Below are positions 24,102 through 37,200 of a stretch of 64,000 nt of DNA, piece by piece; the first letter of the stretch is position 1; each line of letters begins with the position of its first letter. The DNA comes from Eledone cirrhosa. Taxonomy: Eukaryota. The notes under the pieces were generated by a model that was given only the letters and a program-made list of their open reading frames with translations, was not told the origin of the DNA and made no database searches. The position numbers were made by a program, and so were the translations under genes. The stretch lies in the NCBI GenBank assembly GCA_964016885.1, contig OZ024760.1, positions 28,210,001-28,274,000 on the forward strand. Direction: 5' to 3'.

Positions 24102-24383
24102 AAAGTTCTATTTAAAATTGTTGGGATACAACAAGTAAATATTTTATAACTGATATAAAGCACTCGACAAGTTTTTGGAGTAGATATACGATATTAAATA
24201 AATGGAAATAGCTTCCAAAAATAATGGTTGCATTTAATAGGGTACGTCAAAATTATTTATAAAACTGTTTATATATTGTATTTTGTCTGATGAAGGCATA
24301 CCCTATTTTAATTTGGTATCCCTGAAATATGTATAATGAAATAAATATGGTTTTATAAATATAGTTTCCATTTATTTAATATC

Positions 24384-24386
<3 letters not shown>
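24099..24386. mobile_element. Family A element: minus-strand 3' end joined to a plus-strand hammerhead segment (CUGAUGA 24287-24293, GAAA 24324-24327)
   Basis: 24099-24208 is the reverse complement of about 1585-1693; 24240-24386 matches 1460-1606. Confidence 0.75.
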
Positions 24387-24418
<32 letters not shown>

Positions 24419-24650
24419 TAATTTAATATATCAACTAACATAGGCGCACAGATGCACGTCCATGCCAGCAAATACACAGATTATGTCATAGTACCTAGGT
24501 GGTTCAATGCAGGAGGGTGCAGAACAATAATATAAAAGACGTAAAATAAGAAAATATTTTTAAAAAAATTTTTTTTTCTTTCTACCGAATTATTATTTTT
24601 ATATGAGCCGCTAGTGTCCGCGCATTGCCTGGAGGCTCAGCTGAGAATAG

Positions 24651-24732
24651 ACTCCCTGATGACGCAATGAATTCTCGACAGTTGGATTATGTAACTGTCT
24701 TTATCCCATTGCAGAAACTAATTAGTTGGAGT
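24651..24732 (+). ncRNA. Type I hammerhead ribozyme (family F) inside ~45-bp inverted repeats (about 24531-24574 / 24753-24794)
   Basis: Stem I actcc/ggagt; CUGAUGA; stem II gcaatg/cattgc extended by gacagtt/aactgtc; GAAA; palindromic stem III ctaattag; GUU triplet. Confidence 0.75.
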
Positions 24733-24785
24733 GAAAATTTAAGTAAGTAAGTAAAAAATTTTTAAAAATATTTTCTTATTTTACG

Positions 24786-24846
<61 letters not shown>

Positions 24847-25244
24847 TACATACAAACATACAAACATACAAACATACATACATACACACAGGCACACATA
24901 CACCACCAAAACACTTTCACTTCTCAGATCAACTAGTTATTTGTTGGACAGTATCCATATTTTGAAGTGATGTCGGTCGTTGACCTAAGAACCAGAATAT
25001 CCTAATAATATGAATAATAATAACTCCCAGGGGGTGGAGCCAGAAGGTGGAGGTGGGCGTGTGTGGATGAAGGTGGAGAGGGTGGAGCCAGAATGTGTCG
25101 TGGGCGTGTGTGGGCGGAGCTGGTTTCACTTGTTATCACAAAACAGCTGAACAATACTCATAATCTAATTAGAGTTAATAGAGACATTCTGGGGCCACAA
25201 ATAAGGGAGGGGCTTAGATTAGGGGTCACTCCCATCCAGGAGTT

Positions 25245-28200
25245 ATTTATGTACTGGTGTCAATCGTTAGACTGTGGCCATGCTACGGCACTGTTCCTTT
25301 ACTGGTGTCAGTTATTAGACTGTGGCCATGCTGGGTAGAGTTCCTTTACTGGTGTCAGTCATTAGACTGTGGCCATGCTGGGGTACTGTTCCTTTACTGG
25401 TGTCAGTCATTAGACTGTGGCCATACTGGGGCACTGTTCCTTTACTGGTGTCAATCATTAGACTGTGGCCATGCTGAGGCACTGTTCCTTTACTGGTGTC
25501 AGTCATTGGACTGTGGCCATACTGGGGCATTGTTCCTTTACTGGTGTCAGTCATTAGACTGTGGCCATGCTGGGGTACTGTTCCTTGAATGGTGTCAGTC
25601 ATTAGACTGTGGCCATGCTGGGGCACTGTTCCTTTACTGGTGTCAATCATTAGACTGTGGCCATGCTGAGGCACTGTTCCTTTACTGGTGTCAGTCATTG
25701 GACTGTGTCCATACTGGGGCACTGTTCCTTTACTGGTGTCAGTCATTAGACTGTGGCCATGCTGGGGCACTGTTCCTTTACTGGTGTCAGTCATTAGACT
25801 GTGGCCATATTGGGGTACTGTTATGTTACTGGTGTCAGTCATTAGACTGTGTCCATACTGGGGCACTATTCCTTTACTGGTGGCAGTCATTAGAATGTGG
25901 CCATGCTGGGGTACTGTTATGTTACTGGTGTCAGTCATTAGACTGTGGCCATATTGGGGCACTGTTACTTTACTGGTGTCAGTCATTAGACTGTGGCCAT
26001 ACTGGGGCACTGTTATGTTACTGGTGTCAGTCATTAGACTGTGGCCATACTGGGGTACTGTTATGTTACTGGTGTCAGTCATTAGACTGTGGCCATACTG
26101 GGGCACTATTCCTTTACTGGTGTCAGTCATTAGACTGTGGCCATATTGGGGTACTGTTATGTTACTGGTGTCAGTCATTAGACTGTGGCCATACTGGGGT
26201 AGTGTTCCTTTACTGGTGTCAGTCATTAGACTGTGGCCATACTGGGGTACTGTTCCTTTACTGGTGTCAGTCATTAGACTGTGGCCATGCTGGGGTACTG
26301 TTCCTTTACTGGTGTCAGTCATTAGACTGTGGCCATACTGGGGCACTGTTATGTTACTGGTGTCAGTCATTAGACTGTGGCCATACTGGGGTACTGTTAT
26401 GTTACTGGTGTCAGTCATTAGACTGTGGCCATACTGGGGTACTATTCCTTTACTGGTGTCAGTCATTAGACTGTGGCCATACTGGGGCACTGTTATGTTA
26501 CTGGTGTCAGTCATTAGACTGTGGCCATACTGGGGTACTGTTATGTTACTGGTGTCAGTCATTAGACTGTGGCCATACTGGGGCACTATTCCTTTACTGG
26601 TGTCAGTCATTAGACTGTGGCCATACTGGGGCACTATTCCTTTACTGGTGTCAGTCATTAGACTGTGGCCATACTGGGGCACTATTCCTTTACTGGTGTC
26701 AGTCATTAGACTGTGGCCATGTTGGGGTACTGTTCCTTTACTGGTGTCAGTCATTAGACTGTGGCCATGCTGGGGCACTGTTCCTTTACTGGTGTCAGTC
26801 ATTGGACTGTGGCCATACTGGGGTACTGTTCCTTTACTGGTGTCAGTCATTAGACTGTGGCCATATTGGGGTACTGTTATGTTACTGGTGTCAGTCATTA
26901 GACTGTGGCCATACTGAGGCACTGTTCCTTTACTGGTGTCAGTCATTAGACTGTGGCCATATTGGGGTACTGTTATGTTACTGGTGTCAGTCATTAGACA
27001 GTGGCCATGCTGGGGCACTGTTCCTTTACTGGTGTCAGTCATTAGACTGTGGCCATGTTGGGGTACTGTTCCTTTACTGGTGTCAGTCATTAGACTGTGG
27101 CCATATTGGGGTACTGTTATGTTAGTGGTGTCAGTCATTAGACTGTGGCCATGCTGGGGCACTGTTCCTTTACTGGTGTCAGTCATTAGACTCTGGCCAT
27201 ACTGGGGCACTGTTCCTTTACTGGTGTCAGTCATTAGACTGTGGCCATGCTGGGGCACTGTTCCTTTACTGGTGTCAGTCATTGGACTGTGGCCATACTG
27301 GGGTACTGTTCCTTTACTGGTGTCAGTCATTAGACTGTGGCCATATTGGGGTACTGTTATGTTACTGGTGTCAGTCATTAGACTGTGGCCATACTGAGGC
27401 ACTGTTCCTTTACTGGTGTCAGTCATTAGACTGTGGCCATATTGGGGTACTGTTATGTTACTGGTGTCAGTCATTAGACAGTGGCCATGCTGGGGCACTG
27501 TTCCTTTACTGGTGTCAGTCATTAGACTGTGGCCATGTTGGGGTACTGTTCCTTTACTGGTGTCAGTCATTAGACTGTGGCCATATTGGGGTACTGTTAT
27601 GTTAGTGGTGTCAGTCATTAGACTGTGGCCATGCTGGGGCACTGTTCCTTTACTGGTGTCAGTCATTAGACTCTGGCCATACTGGGGCACTGTTCCTTTA
27701 CTGGTGTCAGTCATTAGACTGTCGCCATACTGGGGCATTGTTCCTTTACTGGTGTCAGTCATTAGACAGTGGCCATACTGGTGTAGTGTTCCTTTACTGG
27801 TGTCAGTCATTAGACTGTGGCCATATTGGGGTACTGTTATGTTACTGGTGTCAGTCATTAGACTGTGGCCATATTGGGGTACTGTTATGTTACTGGTGTC
27901 AGTCATTGGACTGTGGCCATACTGGGGCATTGTTCCTTTACTGGTGTCAGTCATTAGACTGTGGCCATGCTGGGGTAGTGTTCCTTTACTGGTGTCAGTC
28001 ATTAGACTGTGGCCATGCTGGGGCACTGTTCCTTTACTGGTGTCAGTCATTAGACTGTGGCCATGTTGGGGTACTGTTCCTTTACTGGTGTCAGTCATTA
28101 GACTGTGGCCATATTGGGGTACTGTTATGTTAGTGGTGTCAGTCATTAGACTGTGGCCATGCTGGGGCACTGTTCCTTTACTGGTGTCAGTCATTAGACT

Positions 28201-31200
28201 CTGGCCATACTGGGGCACTGTTCCTTTACTGGTGTCAGTCATTAGACTGTCGCCATACTGGGGCATTGTTCCTTTACTGGTGTCAGTCATTAGACAGTGG
28301 CCATACTGGTGTAGTGTTCCTTTACTGGTGTCAGTCATTAGACTGTGGCCATATTGGGGTACTGTTATGTTACTGGTGTCAGTCATTAGACTGTGGCCAT
28401 ATTGGGGTACTGTTATGTTACTGGTGTCAGTCATTGGACTGTGGCCATACTGGGGCATTGTTCCTTTACTGGTGTCAGTCATTAGACTGTGGCCATGCTG
28501 GGGTAGTGTTCCTTTACTGGTGTCAGTCATTAGACTGTGGCCATGCTGGGGCACTGTTCCTTTACTGGTGTCAGTCATTAGACTGTCGCCATGTTGGGGT
28601 AGTGTTCCTTTACTGGTGTCAGTCATTAGACTGTGGCCATGCTGGGGCACTGTTCCTTTACTGGTGTCAGTCATTAGACTGTCGCCATGTTGGGGTAGTG
28701 TTCCTTTACTGGTGTCAGTCATTAGACTGTGGCCATACTGGGGCACTGTTCCTTTACTGGTGTCAGTCATTAGACTGTGGCCATGCTGGGGCACTGTTCC
28801 TTTACTGGTGTCAGTCATTAGACTGTGGCCATGCTGGGGCACTGTTCCTTGACTAGTGTCACTTATTAGACTGTGGCCATGCTGGGGCACTGTTCCTTTA
28901 CTGGTGTCAGTCATTAGACTGTGGCCATGCTGGGGCACTGTTATGTTACTGGTGTCGGTCATTAGACTGTGGCCATACTGGGGTACTGTTCCTTTACTGG
29001 TGGCAGTCATTGGACTGTGGCCATGCTGGGGCACTGTTCCTTTACTGGTGTCAGTCATTAGACTGTGGCCATGCTGGGGTACTGTTCCTTTACTGGTGGC
29101 AGTCATTGGACTGTGGCCATGCTGGGGCACTGATCCTTTACTGGTGTCAGTCATTAGACTGTCGCCATGCTGGGGTACTGTTCCTTTACTGGTGTCAGTC
29201 ATTAGACTGTGGCCATGCTGGGGCACTGTTCCTTGACTAGTGTCAGTCATTAGACTGTGGCCATGCTGGGGCACTGTTCCTTTACTGGTGTCAGTCATTA
29301 GACTGTGGCCATGCTGGGGCACTGTACCTTTACTGGTGTCAGTCATTAGACTGTGGCCATACTGGGGCACTGTTCCTTTACTGGTGTCAGTCATCAGACT
29401 GTCGCCATGCTGGGGCACTGTTCCTTTATGGTGTCAGTCATTGGACTGTGGCCATACTGGGGTACTGTTCCTTTACTGGTGTCAGTCATTAGACTGTGGC
29501 CATGCTGGGGCACTGTTCCTTTATGGTGTCAGTCATTGGACTGTGGCCATACTGGGGCACTGTTCCTTTACTGGTGTCAGTCATTAGACTGTGGCCATGC
29601 TGGGGCACAGTTCCTTTATGGTGTCAGTCATTGGACTGTGGCCATACTGGGGCACTGTTCCTTTACTGGTGTCAGTCATTAGACTGTCGCCATGCTGGGG
29701 TACTGTTCCTTGACTAGTGTCAGTCATTAGACTGTGGCCATCCTGGGGCACTGTTCCATTATGGTGTCAGTCATTGGACTGTGGCCATGCTGGGGTACTG
29801 TTTTTTTACTGGTGTCAGTCATTAGACTGTGGCCATACTGGGGTACTGTTCCTTGACTAGTGTCAGTCATTAGACTGTGGCCATACTGGGGCACTGTTCC
29901 TTTACTGGTGTCAGTCATTGGACTGTGGCCATGCTGGGGCACTGTACCTTTAAAGGTGTCAGTCATTGGACTGTGGCCATGCTGGGGCACTGTTCCTTTA
30001 CTGGTGTCAGTCATTAGACTGTGGCCATGCTGGGGTACTGTTATGTTACTAGTGTCAGTCATTAGACTGTGGCCATGCTGGGGCACTGTACCTTTACTGG
30101 TGTCAGTCATTAGACTGTGGCCATACTGGAGCACTGTTCCTTTATGGTGTCAGTCATTGGACTGTGGCCATACTGGGGTACTGTTCCTTTACTGGTGTCA
30201 GTCATAAGACTTTGGCCATACTGGGGGTAGTGTTATGTTACTGGTGTCAGTCATTAGACTGTGGCCATACTGGGGTACTGTTCCTTTACTGGTGTCAGTC
30301 ATTAGACTGTGGCCATGCTGGGGTACTGTTCCTTTACTGGTGTCAGTCATTAGACTGTGGCCATATTGGGGTACTGTTATGTTACTGGTGTCAGTCATTA
30401 GACTGTGGCCATACTGGGGTACTGTTCCTTTACTGGTGTCAGTCAGTAGACTGTGGCCATGCTGGGGTACTGTTCCTTTACGGGTGTCAGTCATTAGACT
30501 GTGGTCATAATGGGGCACTGTTATGTTACTGGTGTCAGTCATTAGACTGTGGCCATACTGGGGTACTGTTATGTTACTGGTATCAGTCATTAGACTGTGG
30601 CCATACTGGGGTACTGTTATGTTACTCGTGTCAGTCATTAGACTGTGGCCATACTGGGGCACTATTCCTTTACTGGTGTCAGTCATTAGACTGTGGCCAT
30701 ACTGGGGCACTATTCCTTTACTGGTGTCAGTCATTAGACTGTGGCCATACTGGGGCACTATTCCTTTACTGGTGTCAGTCATTAGACTGTGGCCATGTTG
30801 GGGTATTGTTCCTTTACTGGTGTCTGTCATTAGACTGTGGCCATGTTGGGGTACTGTTCCTTTACTGGTGTCAGTCATTAGACTGTGGCCATGCTGGGGC
30901 ACTGTTCCTTTAGTGGTGTCAGTCATTGGACTGTGGCCATACTGGGGTACTGTTCCTTTACTGGTGTCAGTCATTAGACTGTGGCCATATTGGGGTACTG
31001 TTATGTTACTGGTGTCAGTCATTAGACTGTGGCCATACTGGGGCACTGTTCCTTTACTGGTGTCAGTCATTAGACTGTGGCCATATTGGGGTACTGTTAT
31101 GTTACTGGTGTCAGTCATTAGACTGTGGCCATGCTGGGGCACTGTTCCTTTACTGGTGTCAGTCATTAGACTGTGGCCATGTTGGGGTACTGTTCCTTTA

Positions 31201-34200
31201 CTGGTGTCAGCCATTAGACTGTGGCCATATTGGGGTACTGTTATGTTACTGGTGTCAGTCATTAGACTGTGGCCATGCTGGGGCACTGTTCCTTTACTGG
31301 TGTCAGTCATTAGACTGTGGCCATGCTGGGGCACGGTTCCTTTACTGGTGTCAGTCATTAAACTGTGGCGATGCTGGGGCACTGTTCCTTTACTGGTGTC
31401 AGTCATTAGACTGTGGCCATGTTGGGGTACTGTTATGTTACTGGTGTCAGTCATTAGACTGTGGCCATACTGGGGTACTGTTCCTTTACTGGTGTCAGTC
31501 ATTAGACTGTGGCCATATTGGGGTACTGTTATGTTACTGGTGTCAGTCATTAGACTGTGGCCATATTGGGGTACTGTTATGTTACTGGTGTCAGTCATTA
31601 GACTGTGGCCATACTGGGGTACTGTTCCTTTACTGGTGTCAGTCATTAGACTGTGGCCATACTGGGGCACTGTTCCTTTACTGGTGTCAGTCATTAGACT
31701 GTGGCCATACTGGGGCATTGTTCCTTTACTGGTGTCAGTCATTAGACAGTGGCCATACTGGTGTAGTGTTCCTTTACTGGTGTCAGTCATTAGACTGTGG
31801 CCACATTGGGGTACTGTTATGTTACTGGTGTCAGTCATTAGACTGTGGCCATATTGGGGTACTGTTATGTTACTGGTGTCAGTCATTGGACTGTGGCCAT
31901 ACTGGGGCATTGTTTCTTTACTGGTGTCAGTCATTAGACTGTGGCCATGCTGGGGTAGTGTTCCTTTACTGGTGTTAGTCATTAAGACTGTGGCCATGCT
32001 GGGGCACTGTTCCTTTACTGGTGTCAGTCATTAGACTGTCGCCATGTTGGGGTAGTGTTCCTTTACTGGTGTCAGTCATTAGACTGTGGCCATACTGGTG
32101 TAGTGTTCCTTTACTGGTGTCAGTCATTAGACTGTGGCCATACTGGGGCACTGTTCCTTTACTGGTGTCAGTCATTAGACTGTGGCCATGCTGGGGCACT
32201 GTTCCTTTACTGGTGTCAGTCATTAGACTGTGGCCATGCTGGGGCACTGTTCCTTGACTAGTGTCAGTCATTAGACTGTGGCCATGCTGGGGCACTGTTC
32301 CTTTACTGGTGTCAGTCATTAGACTGTGGCCATACTGGGGCACTGTTCCTTTACTGGTGTCAGTCATTAGACTGTGGCCATGCTGGGGCACTGTTCCTTG
32401 ACTAGTGTCAGTCATTAGACTGTGGCCATGCTGGGGCACTGTTCCTTTACTGGTGTCAGTCATTAGACTGTGGCCATGCTGGGGCACTGTTATGTTACTG
32501 GTGTCGGTCATTAGACTGTGGCCATACTGGGGTACTGTTCCTTTACTGGTGGCAGTCATTGGACTGTGGCCATGCTGGGGCACTGTTCCTTTACTGGTGT
32601 CAGTCATTAGACTGTGGCCATGCTGGGGCACTGTTCCTTTACTGGTGTCAGTCATTAGGCTGTGGCCATGCTGGGGCACTGTTCCTTGACTAGTGTCAGT
32701 CATTAGACTGTGGCCATGCTGGGGCACTGTTCCTTTACTGGTGTCAGTCATTTGACTGTGGCCATGCTGGGGCACTGTTATGTTACTGGTGTCAGTCATT
32801 AGACTGTGGCCATGCTGGGGTACTGTTTCTTTACTGGTGGCAGTCATTGGACTGTGGCCATGCTGGAGCACTGTACCTTTACTGGTGTCAGTCATTAGAC
32901 TGTGGCCATACTGGGGCACTGTTATGTTACTGGTGTCAGTCATTAGACTGTGGCCATACTGGGGCACTATTCCTTTACTGGTGTCAGTCATTAGACTGTG
33001 GCCATGTTGGGGTACTGTTCCTTTACTGGTGTCAGTCATTAGACTGTGGCCATACTGGGGCACTATTCCTTTACTGGTGTCAGTCATTAGACTGTGGCCA
33101 TGTTGGGGTACTGTTCCTTTACTGGTGTCAGTCATTAGACTGTGGCCATACTGGGGCACTGTTATGTTACTGGTGTCAGTCATTAGACTGTGGCCATGCT
33201 GGGGCACTGTTCCTTTACTGGTGTCAGTCATTAGACTGTGGCCATACTGGGGCACTGTTATGTTACTGGTGTCAGTCATTAGACTGTGGTCATACTGGGG
33301 CACTATTCCTTTACTGGTGTCAGTCATTAGACTGTGGCCATACTGGGGCACTATTCCTTTACTGGTGTCAGTCATTAGACTGTGGCCATATTGGGGTACT
33401 GTTCCTTTACTGGTGTCAGTCTTTAGACTGTGGCCATATTGGGGTACTGTTATGTTACTGGTGTCAGTCATTAGACTGTGGCCATACTGGAGCACTGTTC
33501 CTTTACTGGTGTCAGTCATTAGACTGCCGCCATGCTGGGGCACCGTTCCTTTATGGTGTCAGTCATTGGACTGTGGCCATACTGGGGTACTGTTCCTTTA
33601 CTGGTGTCAGTCATAAGACTTTGGCCATACTGGGGGTACTGTTATGTTACTGGTGTCAGTCATTAGACTGTGGCCATACTGGGGTACTGTTCCTTTACTG
33701 GTGTCAGTCATTAGACTGTGGCCATGCTGGGGTACTGTTCCTTTACTGGTGTCAGTCATTAGACTGTGGCCATACTGGGGTACTGTTATGTTACTGGTGT
33801 CAGTCATTAGACTGTGGCCATACTGGGGTACTGTTCCTTTACTGGTGTCAGTCATTAGACTGTGGCCATGCTGGGGTACTGTTCCTTTACGGGTGTCAGT
33901 CATTAGACTGTGGTCATAATGGGGCACTGTTATGTTACTGGTGTCAGTCATTAGACTGTGGCCATACTGGGGTACTGTTATGTTACTGGTGTCAGTCATT
34001 AGACTGTGGCCATACTGGGGTACTGTTATGTTACTGGTGTCAGTCATTAGACTGTGGCCATACTGGGGCACTATTCCTTTACTGGTGTCAGTCATTAGAC
34101 TGTGGCCATACTGGGGCACTATTCCTTTACTGGTGTCAGTCATTAGACTGTGGCCATACTGGGGTACTGTTCCTTTACTGGTGTCAGTCATTAGACTGTG

Positions 34201-37200
34201 GCCATGTTGGGGTACTGTTCCTTTACTGGTGTCAGTCATTAGACTGTGGCCATGCTGGGGCACTGTTCCTTTAGTGGTGTCAGTCATTGGACTGTGGCCA
34301 TACTGGGGTACTGTTCCTTTACTGGTGTCAGTCATTAGACTGTGGCCATATTGGGGTACTGTTATGTTACTGGTGTCAGTCATTAGACTGTGGCCATACT
34401 GGGGCACTGTTCCTTTACTGGTGTCAGTCATTAGACTGTGGCCATATTGGGGTACTGTTATGTTACTGGTGTCAGTCATTAGACTGTGGCCATGCTGGGG
34501 CACTGTTCCTTTACTGGTGTCAGTCATTAGACTGTGGCCATGTTGGGGTACTGTTCCTTTACTGGTGTCAGTCATTAGACTGTGGCCATATTGGGGTACT
34601 GTTATGTTACTGGTGTCAGTCATTAGACTGTGGCCATGCTGGGGCACTGTTCCTTTACTGGTGTCAGTCATTAGACTGTGGCCATGCTGGGGCACTGTTC
34701 CTTTACTGGTGTCAGTCATTAGACTGTGGCCATGCTGGGGCACTGTTCCTTTACTGGTGTCAGTCATTAGACTGTGGCCATATTGGGGTACTGTTATGTT
34801 ACTGGTGTCAGTCATTAGACTGTGGCCATACTGGGGTACTGTTCCTTTACTGGTGTCAGTCATTAGACTGTGGCCATACTGGGGTACTGTTCCTTTACTG
34901 GTGTCAGTCATTAGACTGTGGCCATACTGGGGCACTGTTCCTTTACTGGTGTCAGTCATTAGACTGTGGCCATACTGGGGCATTGTTCCTTTACTGGTGT
35001 CAGTCATTAGACAGTGGCCATACTGGTGTAGTGTTCCTTTACTGGTGTCAGTCATTAGACTGTGGCCACATTGGGGTACTGTTATGTTACTGGTGTCAGT
35101 CATTAGACTGTGGCCATATTGGGGTACTGTTATGTTACTGGTGTCAGTCATTGGACTGTGGCCATACTGGGGCATTGTTTCTTTACTGGTGTCAGTCATT
35201 AGACTGTGGCCATGCTGGGGTAGTGTTCCTTTACTGGTGTTAGTCATTAAGACTGTGGCCATGCTGGGGCACTGTTCCTTTACTGGTGTCAGTCATTAGA
35301 CTGTCGCCATGTTGCGGTAGTGTTCCTTTACTGGTGTCAGTCATTAGACTGTGGCCATACTGGTGTAGTGTTCCTTTACTGGTGTCAGTCATTAGACTGT
35401 GGCCATACTGGGGCACTGTTATGTTACTGGTGTCAGTCATTAGACTGTGGCCATACTGGGGCACTATTCCTTTACTGGTGTCAGTCATTAGACTGTGGCC
35501 ATGTTGGGGTACTGTTCCTTTACTGGTGTCAGTCATTAGACTGTGGCCATACTGGGGCACTATTCCTTTACTGGTGTCAGTCATTAGACTGTGGCCATGT
35601 TGGGGTACTGTTCCTTTACTGGTGTCAGTCATTAGACTGTGGCCATACTGGGGCACTGTTATGTTACTGGTGTCAGTCATTAGACTGTGGCCATGCTGGG
35701 GCACTGTTCCTTTACTGGTGTCAGTCATTAGACTGTGGCCATACTGGGGCACTGTTATGTTACTGGTGTCAGTCATTAGACTGTGGTCATACTGGGGCAC
35801 TATTCCTTTACTGGTGTCAGTCATTAGACTGTGGCCATACTGGGGCACTATTCCTTTACTGGTGTCAGTCATTAGACTGTGGCCATATTGGGGTACTGTT
35901 CCTTTACTGGTGTCAGTCTTTAGACTGTGGCCATATTGGGGTACTGTTATGTTACTGGTGTCAGTCATTAGACTGTGGCCATGCTGGGGCACTGTTCCTT
36001 TACTGGTGTCAGTCATTTGACTGTGGCCATGCTGGGGCACTGTTATGTTACTGGTGTCAGTCATTAGACTGTGGCCATGCTGGGGTACTGTTCCTTTACT
36101 GGTGGCAGTCATTGGACTGTGGCCATGCTGGAGCACTGTACCTTTACTGGTGTCAGTCATTAGACTGTGGCCATACTGGGGCACTGTTATGTTACTGGTG
36201 TCAGTCATTAGACTGTGGCCATACTGGGGCACTATTCCTTTACTGGTGTCAGTCATTAGACTGTGGCCATGTTGGGGTACTGTTCCTTTACTGGTGTCAG
36301 TCATTAGACTGTGGCCATACTGGGGCACTATTCCTTTACTGGTGTCAGTCATTAGACTGTGGCCATGTTGGGGTACTGTTCCTTTACTGGTGTCAGTCAT
36401 TAGACTGTGGCCATACTGGGGCACTGTTATGTTACTGGTGTCAGTCATTAGACTGTGGCCATGCTGGGGCACTGTTCCTTTACTGGTGTCAGTCATTAGA
36501 CTGTGGCCATATTGGGGCACTGTTATGTTACTGGTGTCAGTCATTAGACTGTGGTCATACTGGGGCACTATTCCTTTACTGGTGTCAGTCATTAGACTGT
36601 GGCCATACTGGGGCACTATTCCTTTACTGGTGTCAGTCATTAGACTGTGGCCATATTGGGGTACTGTTCCTTTACTGGTGTCAGTCTTTAGACTGTGGCC
36701 ATATTGGGGTACTGTTATGTTACTGGTGTCAGTCATTAGACTGTGGCCATACTGGAGCACTGTTCCTTTACTGGTGTCAGTCATTAGACTGCCGCCATGC
36801 TGGGGCACCGTTCCTTTATGGTGTCAGTCATTGGACTGTGGCCATACTGGGGTACTGTTCCTTTACTGGTGTCAGTCATAAGACTTTGGCCATACTGGGG
36901 GTACTGTTATGTTACTGGTGTCAGTCATTAGACTGTGGCCATACTGGGGTACTGTTCCTTTACTGGTGTCAGTCATTAGACTGTGGCCATGCTGGGGTAC
37001 TGTTCCTTTACTGGTGTCAGTCATTAGACTGTGGCCATACTGGGGTACTGTTATGTTACTGGTGTCAGTCATTAGACTGTGGCCATACTGGGGTACTGTT
37101 CCTTTACTGGTGTCAGTCATTAGACTGTGGCCATGCTGGGGTACTGTTCCTTTACGGGTGTCAGTCATTAGACTGTGGTCATAATGGGGCACTGTTATGT

